Origin: a virus
Virus record (IMG/VR): IMGVR_UViG_3300008261_000027
Location: 1-64,000 of that record
Strand: one strand, 5' to 3'
Length of the DNA: 64,000 nucleotides
The notes under the pieces were generated by a model. That model was not told the DNA's origin. It saw only the letters and a program-made list of their open reading frames with translations, and did no database searches. The translations under genes were made by a program, and so were the position numbers. Of this stretch, positions 54,301 through 62,828 are shown piece by piece. The number at the start of each line of letters is the position of its first letter. Position 1 is the first letter of the stretch.

Positions 54301-56116
54301 TATTAACCTCATTAACTTTTAAATCATATGGGGGAAACCACATAACTCTACCACCATTCGCCCCTCTTTCACAGATTGGTAAATCCTCAACAGTGAAACC
54401 AGGCTTATTGGATGTTTTCCAAGAAAGGTTTTCAATAGAAAACATATATTTTTTTGCTTTACCAGTTAATGGATCTGCGGTAATTTGTTCGATATTTGTT
54501 GAGTTTTTAAAATCTCTATCTCCATTAGAAATAGGGGCAATATTTAAATTCCAAGGTGTTGATATTACGCTATCCTTAACACCTCTTATCAATCCAGTTC
54601 TTTTCATTGTGTCAGAATAGTTCATATAAGCCCTATCCTTTGTCCAAACTCTACAATATTCTGTACCGTCTTCTTTTCCTGTTATCTTGTTTACATATTT
54701 TATTGCAGAACCTCTTGAAATAAAACTATTACCTTCTTTAAAGATTCTACTAGTTTGGTCAATTACATTTCCAACATGAGATCTTGAAAGCGCACCATCC
54801 AATGGCATTGAGTTTAATAACTCTTGTGTTTTTGCTAAAATAGAATCTTGTCTAAATTCATTTCTAGTTGACACACTTTCTTCGAACTTAGATCTTTCAG
54901 ATTCAAATTCTAAATTATGTTCTCCAAGTTTATTTCTTGAATTTTTACTATACCAAGTTAACTTCCCAGATATTTGTCCACCTTCTGAAATATTTTTTTG
55001 ATTTGAAAATACATCACTTGCAACTGAATCAAATTTATAAGAAAGATAATATGGGCTTAATACCTTATTATCATTAAAGTCTTGTAAAATATTTAAAACA
55101 TTTTCACCTCTATCATCTCCAATATACGCATTACCTCTTGGTGCTTCTACACCAACTAAATTTTTTATTCCTTGAGCAATAGCATTTGGAAAATTAAACA
55201 ATTTACTTGATTGTTGTGATCTAGCAACTGTTGTATAATCTGGTTTATATGTTGAATATGATAAATTATCGTGTAGGATATCCTTTTGTCCGGACCCCAT
55301 ATATTCATACATGATGTCAGATGGTTTGCTAGATCTCTTTGGTCTTCTTTGTATACCAATTAAAGAACCTATTGCACCAGTAACATCTTGTAAAAATGCT
55401 CCAACAGCTGTTTTGGGTTCTGGTCTATAATTTATTGGATTAGCCGGATCGCTTAAATATTGTCCAGGAATTTCAGAAAATGGAAATTCTACTCCAGCAA
55501 CAGTTTGAACAAAATCAACAATCTTACCTGGAATAGATTTTGCAACAGTTACCTTATAGTTTTTTTCAACTAAATTTTCTTTACCTCTGATGATATTGAT
55601 TGCTGTTGCAGTATTTCCATTAATAGCATCTAATACCCTTAGTCTACCTAATGTTGCTGTTTGTAAATTTTGTCTAATTCTAGATTGTACTGGGCCGTCT
55701 GGGCTATCTTTCAAATATCTATTTGAAAACTGAGCTAATTTTGATTCAAATTCATAATTTTCTGAATTTAATGCCCCAATAAGACTTCTACCTAAAACAT
55801 CCTGTATTTGAAAATATGGGTATAATGCTAAATTACCAATTGCTGGTACTGTCTGAACATCTTCAATTATAACAAATTGTTTGTCGCTTTCTGGACCAAA
55901 TCTATTGATTGCATATGTATCTTTTAGTAATGATGCTCTATCATATCTATCATTAACAACAACATCACCATTATTTTTATTGGCTAAATTGTTTAGATTT
56001 TGTACTGAATAGGAAGTTTTACTAAAGGTCTGAGGACCATTAGGTGCTTGTAGTGTTTTAGATATTAAAGCATCTCTAAAACTTTTTGTGCTATCAAAAT
56101 TTAAATAATTTGGCAT
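51344..56116 (-). CDS. Tail tube initiator-like (gp48/gp54-like) protein with inserted OmpA-like domain
   Basis: WFPPYD...LGRPEPIYTY..TERSG.VSF and PPICVLRIGDFY halves; between them VFFPND, YNILLSYRRSDSIVKYI, KGE. Confidence 0.6.
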   Translation of the reverse strand: MPNYLNFDSTKSFRDALISKTLQAPNGPQTFSKTSYSVQNLNNLANKNNGDVVVNDRYDRASLLKDTYAINRFGPESDKQFVIIEDVQTVPAIGNLALYPYFQIQDVLGRSLIGALNSENYEFESKLAQFSNRYLKDSPDGPVQSRIRQNLQTATLGRLRVLDAINGNTATAINIIRGKENLVEKNYKVTVAKSIPGKIVDFVQTVAGVEFPFSEIPGQYLSDPANPINYRPEPKTAVGAFLQDVTGAIGSLIGIQRRPKRSSKPSDIMYEYMGSGQKDILHDNLSYSTYKPDYTTVARSQQSSKLFNFPNAIAQGIKNLVGVEAPRGNAYIGDDRGENVLNILQDFNDNKVLSPYYLSYKFDSVASDVFSNQKNISEGGQISGKLTWYSKNSRNKLGEHNLEFESERSKFEESVSTRNEFRQDSILAKTQELLNSMPLDGALSRSHVGNVIDQTSRIFKEGNSFISRGSAIKYVNKITGKEDGTEYCRVWTKDRAYMNYSDTMKRTGLIRGVKDSVISTPWNLNIAPISNGDRDFKNSTNIEQITADPLTGKAKKYMFSIENLSWKTSNKPGFTVEDLPICERGANGGRVMWFPPYDLKVNEVNTANWDSNKFLGRPEPIYTYKDTERSGTVSFKVVVDHPSILNLLIKDISDAEAENYLNAIFAGCEDIDFYTLVRKYTTLDRTDIELILSYLDYYKNGNTKDVTDLIAFNRIAGDVTVEKEVTTEDTLLPGTPIDKYKGKVFFPNDIPYPQSGLYADKDYDKVYEEYIAGKDNFLSVLDTQLNNILTINNSDNVLDREVIFGDKNPLSIPGTTLSSLKLKKRDEIIAGFNQLEADFSKLSQKLAEIKPLIEKNEIEDIQIYITSTTSFVHEEDYNILLSYRRSDSIVKYIIKNLSRLGEWPSSVPEKNYWKATPAQLEAGTTLESKEERTIPLKDLGYGDDINGSVKIYFTNKGENATINTEYDCNKNIIRNKGGLKLYAPVTFFCRAAELEIQTKTKMSTLPGTTIPGKTTIGPEKIEIVSDRIEKNRKPPLDIVKKIIMKTLSECFYFKKLEETDPVVFSSLKERLKYFHPAFHSTTPEGLNSRLTFLQQCLRPGDTIPIKGLGTNSSLNFDARNTSFGPPPICVLRIGDFYHSKIVITNMNISFENSTWDFNPEGIGMQPMVADVTLQINFIGGQGIKEPVAKLQNALSSNFYANTEIYDYRAESTVDQKELIEFNLDFLEKLYPKDTPNSPTSEVSPDSPINGNYIGAIDGGKLNYSNNIKSLIDNTNNYFKIFGQTYNELQKLFGPELLPLFISPTYRSINSVDAQNTTAATQISLLGRYKKGKDFINLFENFKKGFIDKVNSSDHNLILDLDMQPGSTKYVRSRKIIDPLILTYVTEFMGKIEENKNISALENARDLLIEDIDKLNFIMLTNGIDAKIETNTVTAQSLTNFQNTDFYEKYSDAFTLISTKHGIFTSELDSTFDFTSSSISDEAYKKVLSFILNDKIDAIKTEYTNSPDDDLFNENTVNKIGRRINKFIKNNLSDSKDKNFKYKEVKIKKEIEPYSFSAGTLTSGQEEVIKKIHNTKDFSTETRLNFSKATK

Positions 56117-56156
56117 CCTATTCTTTTACTTAATAAATAGATAAAATAAAAAAATA

Positions 56157-58106
56157 TTACGCAACAAACTCTTTCTTATTACCGAAAATGCTTTGTGCTA
56201 AATCTGATCTTAATCGTGGATTTTTATTTATTTCTGCAACAAATACCTCAGCCAATTCTGGGCTACTACTATTCAAATCAACTTTTACTGTTATACCCAT
56301 CTCTCTTAAGAATTCTTTACCTTTATCTATTAGAGGTTCAGCAATTGGTTGTATTTCTCTTTTTAACCTCTCATACATTTCAGGTAAATTAATTTCATCT
56401 GGGGCATTTATAACCTTTTCTTTCGCATTTTGAAAAAACTCCAACATTTCTGGACTTATGTATTTTTCTATTTCTTTCTGAATTTGATCTGGGCTCATGT
56501 TAACTTGTTTTCCAATTTCATTCGTAAATGTGTTAAACATTTCAGCACCACTTTGAGTTGTTGGATTTAATTTCTCCATAATCTCAGAAGTTCTTTTTAG
56601 TCCATCATAGTAAGCTTGGCCAAGTGGGCCTTTCCTTTGCCCTTCCAATATTTGTAAATAAATTGCTGTAGCAACATTAAGTATTTTTGTTGTTTCATTG
56701 AATTGGTTTCTTGCGATATCTATTGGTTTTTCATTATCTGCGCTCTCTTGTAATTTTTGTAATAAAACTACTTGATCATCAGATAAATCACTTAAACTAA
56801 CAAACCCATCTTGAATATTTGTTAACCCCATTTTATCGGTTATATTTTTTGGAATATCAAAACCAACTTTACCGTCCTTAATTGTTGCAATATTTGAAAC
56901 AAATTCCTTTTGGTCTTCAGTTAAACTAGGAAACATGTCAAGCTCACTCATTGCTTCAAATTTAGCAGCACCTTTAACCGCCATGTTTGTTAATTCTCCC
57001 ATTGATATGCCAAGTGCTTCTGCCATTGCTTTTGCTCTTCTCAAGTTAGCACCAGTAACTTCAAATCTACCTTGTTCTGCGTTATATGTTGCTAAACTTC
57101 TAGCGGCCCCAATAATACTTGTTTGTAAAGATTCAACGTTATTAGTTGCATCATACATTAGTTTAATGGGATCTGCTAAATCACCAACAGCACCTCCAAC
57201 AACCTGTAAATTAGCTGATAAATTAATAGCTTTATCGGGATCAAATAAATCATCAGCAACTCTAAAAATTTCATCCATATTGATTTTTAAAGATTGCGCT
57301 TCTTGAACCATTTTACCTAACCCTTTTATACCATTTTGGAAACCGTATTTGTTTAAATTACCTATTTGTTTTACTAATTCTTCTGAAGTGGCTTTTGCAC
57401 TTAATCCTAGAGCTACAGATCTTGAACCTATTTCTGTTATAGATTTTGCTGCACCATCTAAACCAATACCAACATTTCTAAAATTTTCAACATTTTCTAA
57501 TATTTTTCCTGAACTTGTTGTAAACGCTAAAGATGCAACCATGGCATCAGAAATGGTTTGTTGATTATAAATTGACATTCTTTCCGAAGCCTTCATCATA
57601 GATTCTGAAGCTTCAAGAGTTTCATTCGTAGCAACACCATATTGTTGTGCGTCATACATCGCAAGTCTAATCGACTCGCCCATTCCTGTAGCAATAGCCC
57701 CAACATATCCACCAGCGCCCCTAGTTCTTTCAATAAGTTCTTTGTCAATAGTTGCAACATCTTTCAATATTGCCTCAGTACCCCTTAATAAGCCATCAAA
57801 TATTCCAGAAGCGATTTTAAGAGGGTTGAGACTTGCACTGTTTTTTATTGCATCTATTATTTTTGTACCAGTATCAGTACTAATTCTACCTATTTTACCA
57901 ACTTGTTGGTCTATAAATCCAGCTCCTAATGCCGCAGCAAGAGAACTTGATGAAGAAGACGAAGAAGATGAAGATGAGGACGTGGCGCTTCTACGAACTT
58001 CATTTAATGCTTGTTCATATCTATTAGCCGCTTGAGTTGCATCGCCAGGCTCAACACCTAGCGTTCTGGTTAAATAGTCGTAAAATTGTGATTTAGAATC
58101 TGCCAT
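56157..58106 (-). CDS. Tape-measure-like protein
   Basis: Helical Ala/Gly-rich, RRAKAMAEALGIS; lies after tube and chaperone genes. Confidence 0.7.
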   Translation of the reverse strand: MADSKSQFYDYLTRTLGVEPGDATQAANRYEQALNEVRRSATSSSSSSSSSSSSSLAAALGAGFIDQQVGKIGRISTDTGTKIIDAIKNSASLNPLKIASGIFDGLLRGTEAILKDVATIDKELIERTRGAGGYVGAIATGMGESIRLAMYDAQQYGVATNETLEASESMMKASERMSIYNQQTISDAMVASLAFTTSSGKILENVENFRNVGIGLDGAAKSITEIGSRSVALGLSAKATSEELVKQIGNLNKYGFQNGIKGLGKMVQEAQSLKINMDEIFRVADDLFDPDKAINLSANLQVVGGAVGDLADPIKLMYDATNNVESLQTSIIGAARSLATYNAEQGRFEVTGANLRRAKAMAEALGISMGELTNMAVKGAAKFEAMSELDMFPSLTEDQKEFVSNIATIKDGKVGFDIPKNITDKMGLTNIQDGFVSLSDLSDDQVVLLQKLQESADNEKPIDIARNQFNETTKILNVATAIYLQILEGQRKGPLGQAYYDGLKRTSEIMEKLNPTTQSGAEMFNTFTNEIGKQVNMSPDQIQKEIEKYISPEMLEFFQNAKEKVINAPDEINLPEMYERLKREIQPIAEPLIDKGKEFLREMGITVKVDLNSSSPELAEVFVAEINKNPRLRSDLAQSIFGNKKEFVA

Positions 58107-58137
58107 TATATAATAGTATATCTAATAAATAGCTTTA

Positions 58138-58269
58138 TCAACTATTTTCTATTAAAGCAGTTATAATGTTATTTCTTTCGTGAATTGGTAATATTAAAAT
58201 ATCCCTATATGTAAACCCCTTACTTAAAAGAAAAAGTATCGCATCTATTTGATGCTTTTTATATACCAT
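58138..58269 (-). CDS. 43-aa ORF absent from the ORF track; probable frameshift extension of the upstream chaperone
   Basis: MVYKKHQIDAILFLLSKGFTYRDILILPIHERNNIITALIENS in +1 frame, overlapping the upstream stop. Confidence 0.65.
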   Translation of the reverse strand: MVYKKHQIDAILFLLSKGFTYRDILILPIHERNNIITALIENS

Positions 58270-58999
58270 AGAAGGGACGAAAAAATTCCACCCCAAAGTC
58301 AACCATTACTGGGACTTTTTCTCCTGACGGGGCGATTACATCAACTATTAGGTCTAAACCTGGTTTATTTTGAGATACAAATTTTTTAAATTCTTGAGAA
58401 TCTTTAATTGGTAAATTTTGAATAAACTGATATATCGCCATTTGGTCCCTCTGGCCATCAACAGACTTAATCATCATTTCAAGTCTTTTTGTGTTTATTG
58501 GTATAACAGCATTTGTTCCAGATTCTTTAATACTTTGTAATTCTTTTTCTTGTGTATTTGTTAAAAATTTAAATGTCACATTTTTTTTAGTAATAGGTAA
58601 CAAAAAAGTATATTCACCATTTGAGTCTTTTTCTAACTTGAAGTCTTTAACCTTCAATACAGATAAATCTAATTGGGCATCGAATTGTTTTTTAGTTACT
58701 GGATCTGTTAAGCTTACAGTATATTCACTACCAAATGCTGTATTTCTTAAAAATATTAAAATAGCTTGCTTATCCTCTTCAACCAAATCATCTAAAGAAA
58801 TTTCTTTATCTAAGATTTTTCTTCTTAATAGTTCTTCAATAACTGTTTCAGATTGAATCAAATTTGGAGACATTAAGATATTTTCATCAGCAGCGGTTAG
58901 GTACGCTACTCTTAATGATTTTTTTCCATTTGAATAATGTATTCCCTGAGAAGGTAGCTGAACGACATCGTATGATATTGTTGGGTCAAAATTGTCCAT
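58259..58999 (-). CDS. Tail assembly chaperone/baseplate hub assembly protein (T4 gp26-like)
   Basis: VQLPSQG, LTAADENIL, LRNTAFG, ends FFRP; between tube and tape measure. Confidence 0.75.
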   Translation of the reverse strand: MDNFDPTISYDVVQLPSQGIHYSNGKKSLRVAYLTAADENILMSPNLIQSETVIEELLRRKILDKEISLDDLVEEDKQAILIFLRNTAFGSEYTVSLTDPVTKKQFDAQLDLSVLKVKDFKLEKDSNGEYTFLLPITKKNVTFKFLTNTQEKELQSIKESGTNAVIPINTKRLEMMIKSVDGQRDQMAIYQFIQNLPIKDSQEFKKFVSQNKPGLDLIVDVIAPSGEKVPVMVDFGVEFFRPFYGI

Positions 59000-59057
59000 G
59001 TTGTATAATTTGTTTTATAAAATATAAGTATAATTTATTTAAAAATCAATAAAACAT

Positions 59058-59074
59058 TGTTCCACGTGGAAACA
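59058..59074. promoter_or_regulatory. parS-like palindrome
   Basis: TGTTCCACGTGGAAACA; first 14 nt match TGTTCCACGTGGAACA; intergenic. Confidence 0.55.
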
Positions 59075-59104
59075 TGGTTATAACTAATTGAAAATCAATT
59101 AAAT

Positions 59105-59135
59105 AAAAAACCCACCTCTTAGAAAGAGATGGGTT
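59105..59135 (-). terminator. Intrinsic terminator after the tube gene
   Basis: AACCCATCTCT...AGAGGTGGGTT stem then U-run. Confidence 0.7.
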
Positions 59136-59159
59136 GGTAAAAAATATAAATTTAAAAAA

Positions 59160-59648
59160 TTAATAAACTTGAATACATCTATCCATTCTTAATGAAGCAT
59201 CAATTGAAGCTAAAGCATCTTCAGAATAGTTCAATTCACCAAAGTTTAAGCTACTTAAGAAACAACCTTCTAAAATCCACTTTTCAACCACAACTCCGGT
59301 TGGGTCTAACATTTCAAGTTCTACGTTTTTCTTATATCCAGCTGCATAACCCATTCTACCTGTTACAGATTCAGCATGTAAACGGAACCATTCCATCAAT
59401 GCTTGCGAAGCAGATGGACCAATTGGGTCTTTAAATGTAACTTTGATCTCTTCCCAAGTAAATCTACCAGCAACATAGGTTGACGTGTTTAAAAACGGAA
59501 TTTCTGTTGCATTGATTTTAGCACTTGGTCTAGAGGTAGATGTTACATACCACTCATTGATACCCAAAGAAGACGGGAATCTAAGTATAAATCTATTTTT
59601 TCTTTTCGGTTCATATGGAACCGGCATTTTCATTAGTAAATCTGCCAT
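59160..59648 (-). CDS. Tail tube protein (T4 gp19-like)
   Basis: EPKRKNRFIL, YVAGRFTWEEI, LDPTGVVVEKWILEGCF; follows sheath. Confidence 0.9.
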   Translation of the reverse strand: MADLLMKMPVPYEPKRKNRFILRFPSSLGINEWYVTSTSRPSAKINATEIPFLNTSTYVAGRFTWEEIKVTFKDPIGPSASQALMEWFRLHAESVTGRMGYAAGYKKNVELEMLDPTGVVVEKWILEGCFLSSLNFGELNYSEDALASIDASLRMDRCIQVY

Positions 59649-59754
59649 TGTATTTGAATTATGTTTTTTCTTTTATTCTCTTTATAAATATTGTCAAATA
59701 TTTTTTTTAATTATTTGACTTTGTCATTTTTTTTCCTTAGCTTTTTGCAAGTAG

Positions 59755-59842
59755 TATACTAGTTTACTAAAATACTAAATAACTAATCTACTAAAATACT
59801 AAATTTCTAATATACTAATTAACTAAGTTCTAATATTCTAAT
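59755..59842. repeat. 8-bp-phased CTAA array; candidate origin/iterons
   Basis: CTAA at 59767, 775, 783, 791, 799, 807, 815, 823, then 830, 838; 16-bp direct repeat at 59765 and 59789. Confidence 0.7.
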
Positions 59843-59857
59843 TACAAATTTTTATTT

Positions 59858-59887
59858 TGGGTGAGCTGTTTCCAACTCACCCTTTTT
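59858..59887. terminator. Hairpin after the sheath gene
   Basis: GGGTGAG/CTCACCC stem; the U-run follows only in plus orientation. Confidence 0.5.
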
Positions 59888-59888
59888 A

Positions 59889-62702
59889 TTAAATATTTTC
59901 AAAAGAAGCTCCAGTTGGAGTTATGATAAACTCAACATCAATGAATTCTAATGCTCTTGTTGGTTTAACATAAATCTTACCTCTCAATGTGTTAGCATCG
60001 ATGTCTTCTGGATCATTAGATACCGTTACACGGAAATCAAACAAACCTCTTTCTTTCTTTATTGATTCAAGAATTGGATTAACCAATCTTAAGAATTCTT
60101 GTCTTACTTGTTCATCGTTTTGTTCAAACAATAATCTCACAGCAACAGCAGAAATTAACTTTCTTGCTCTCAATAGCAATCTTCTTACGTTGATTCTATC
60201 AAGTGCTGATTCTCTAACTTGAAGTGTTTTATTACCCCAGATAATTGTACCTGTATCAGAGAATGTTGCAATTGGGTTAATTCTTGCTTTGTAAAGACTA
60301 TCTCTTTCGTCCAAAGTAAGTTTCTTTTGTGCTTTGATAGCATTAACTAAACCTCTTGAATAACCTGCTGGAGCGAACCATGGATAAGAAACGTTATCTG
60401 TTAATGCGATATTTTTCAAAACCTCACCTGTTGGTGGTATGAAAAGTTGTGTTGCATTATCAGTATCTCTTACTTGAATCCAAGGCCAGTAAGTTGCTGA
60501 GTAGTTAGAATCAAACCCTAAATCTTCCAAACCTCCGATTGCCTCATCAGCTGTAGTGAAATTAGGAGAGTTGATCACATATAACGAGTCGGCTCTATCA
60601 TTTTCAATAATATCAACTGCTTGTGTTACCAAAGAACTGTTGTTGTACCAATCAATACCTGGTGTTGCAAATAAGTTAATATCAACTGCTTCTGGATTAG
60701 CAAATGTTTCAATACCTGCTAAGTAAGCATAGTAATCTGAATTACCCACCTGTGCATTAAACACACCTGCGTTTACACCGGCAGTGTATGTTGTTTTACC
60801 AAAAATATAAGAATCACCATATGTTCTTGTATTTCTGTAAATATCCCAACCATCAAATCCGCCAAATACTGGCATTGTAAATTTACGGTTTGCAACTGTG
60901 TTCAATTTACCTTTATCAGTACCTTCTAAATTATATGCTGTTGTTTTATACAAATAGTTACCTGTTGATCCAGTAATTGTTGAAGCATTTGTCGATAAGT
61001 GGAATCCAAATGTCGCTTGTGATGCTCCAGTTCCTTTAAACTTCAACATATCTCTATCATATTCAAAATGATCACTTGTTGAAAAACCTAAAGTTACCTT
61101 TCTAACTTTATCACCGTTTGTTGTTACTGCAGCTCCGCTAGCAGCATAATATAATGTGTCTCCAGCATCATAGTATTTTGTTTTGAAGGTCACACCACCA
61201 ATATTATTAGTTGTTGTAAATCCTTTAAAACCAGCAGGAACAGCGTCTGTTGGATGGTCTGAAGCCATAACCAACATAATATGTTTAGATCTTAATTCAT
61301 ATTCTCCATCAGATGTACCAACTTTTCTAGCGATATATCCAGGTACATCTGGATTCATTGAACATCTAGTAAATTTCTCTAATACAACTTGATTTTCATC
61401 AGTATCATTGAAATCTCTAACAATAAGATCAAATTCACCAGTTTCCAAATCAATATTTTGAATTGTAACTTTAACATTGAAGTTAGATGCTTCGCCATCT
61501 GATATTGTTAAAATATTAAATAAATCAGAAACAATACCACCTCTAACTTCAGAAACAACTGTTGAAGAAGCCGCAGTATCCCATTGAGTTGTGAAATTAT
61601 CATCATCGTCAACAACAACTTCTGTGGTACTTAAACCTCTAATCAATCCTTGCTCAAATAAGTTTGCAACTAAATTAGGATATGCTTCATGAACATAAAC
61701 TGGGAAAGCCAATTTATCTTTATCAAAAACATCACTACCAATAACTTTTGTTACATATTTTGTTGAGCTTGAATCTAATGAACAATTAAACGTTTTCACA
61801 TTAGAATCAATATCAGTTACTGATAATGTAAAATCTGATAGTGGGTTTACATCAATTGATGTACCTGTAATTTGTACAGCTGTACTTCCCGTAACTCTTT
61901 GTGTTAAAACCTCAGAAGCATAAGAGCCTCTTGATCTTAAAGCTAATACAACCTTATCGGCATAATCCTGATTTAAAGATGCACTATATTTGAATCTTGT
62001 TACTGTAAATTCTGTAGTACCGGTTGAATACACAAACAAATATGAGTACACACCATCAATTGTTGAATCAGTTGCGCCTGTTTTTGTAAAATATGTATTG
62101 TACCAGTTTTTATTATTGTTTGATCCGATTGGTGACGAAAGTTGTGTACCCGTTAATGAACTGGTTGAACTGGTTGGAACTTGTCCAATTGTAAACCAGT
62201 TATTGTGACTATAGGTTCTTCCAGATATAAATGATACAACAGAAGTACCTTCTGTAGATGTCTTTCCTGTTAAATCAGAATAGAAATCGCCATTAGCCAT
62301 ATCTGTAGGATCAATTGTTCCACCTGTTGATGTTGGTGTTGCATTTAAATTTACTGATACCCCACCTAATGTTTTGATTCCATATGTGTTACCGGCCATA
62401 TAGCCAGTTAAACCAAGTACTCTTGTTACGAACAATTGATTTGATTCTTGCAAATATGATTTTGCAACATATGGTAATTCATATTTAGGGTTACCAGCAC
62501 CGTCTTTTGTTGGTGATGTACCTCCAAAATATGTTTTAAATTCGTCAAAGTTAGAAATTAGTATAGGTTCAAACGCTGGTCCTTTTAAAGTCTCGCCAAC
62601 TAAACCAAGTGTCGTAACTCCAACACTCTGTGCCACGAATGATAAATCTTTCTCTGATGTATATACACCCGGAGAAACGAAAATTCTGTTTGAATTTGCC
62701 AT
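59889..62702 (-). CDS. Tail sheath protein (T4 gp18-like)
   Basis: SPGVYTSEKD, GETLKGPAF, YWPW, PWFAPAGYSRG, WGNKTL, RINVRRLL, P.RALEFI. Confidence 0.95.
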   Translation of the reverse strand: MANSNRIFVSPGVYTSEKDLSFVAQSVGVTTLGLVGETLKGPAFEPILISNFDEFKTYFGGTSPTKDGAGNPKYELPYVAKSYLQESNQLFVTRVLGLTGYMAGNTYGIKTLGGVSVNLNATPTSTGGTIDPTDMANGDFYSDLTGKTSTEGTSVVSFISGRTYSHNNWFTIGQVPTSSTSSLTGTQLSSPIGSNNNKNWYNTYFTKTGATDSTIDGVYSYLFVYSTGTTEFTVTRFKYSASLNQDYADKVVLALRSRGSYASEVLTQRVTGSTAVQITGTSIDVNPLSDFTLSVTDIDSNVKTFNCSLDSSSTKYVTKVIGSDVFDKDKLAFPVYVHEAYPNLVANLFEQGLIRGLSTTEVVVDDDDNFTTQWDTAASSTVVSEVRGGIVSDLFNILTISDGEASNFNVKVTIQNIDLETGEFDLIVRDFNDTDENQVVLEKFTRCSMNPDVPGYIARKVGTSDGEYELRSKHIMLVMASDHPTDAVPAGFKGFTTTNNIGGVTFKTKYYDAGDTLYYAASGAAVTTNGDKVRKVTLGFSTSDHFEYDRDMLKFKGTGASQATFGFHLSTNASTITGSTGNYLYKTTAYNLEGTDKGKLNTVANRKFTMPVFGGFDGWDIYRNTRTYGDSYIFGKTTYTAGVNAGVFNAQVGNSDYYAYLAGIETFANPEAVDINLFATPGIDWYNNSSLVTQAVDIIENDRADSLYVINSPNFTTADEAIGGLEDLGFDSNYSATYWPWIQVRDTDNATQLFIPPTGEVLKNIALTDNVSYPWFAPAGYSRGLVNAIKAQKKLTLDERDSLYKARINPIATFSDTGTIIWGNKTLQVRESALDRINVRRLLLRARKLISAVAVRLLFEQNDEQVRQEFLRLVNPILESIKKERGLFDFRVTVSNDPEDIDANTLRGKIYVKPTRALEFIDVEFIITPTGASFENI

Positions 62703-62813
62703 TGATAAATGTTTGGTTAAAAATTTTTATTCTTATCAAATAAATATCTTTGTTTTTAGCAAAGATTTCCTCAATTTTTTGTATTTAGATAGTATTTTAT
62801 CCTTTTTTATCTT

Positions 62814-62821
62814 TATTTATA
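62814..62821 (+). promoter_or_regulatory. TATTTATA motif upstream of the only plus-strand gene
   Basis: Same motif precedes about ten minus-strand genes in sense orientation. Confidence 0.55.
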
Positions 62822-62828
62822 CTTTAGT

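Noticed and set aside
57940-57985. Poly-Ser tract in the tape-measure-like gene
   Set aside because: Mixed codons; an ordinary low-complexity linker with no sign of phase variation.
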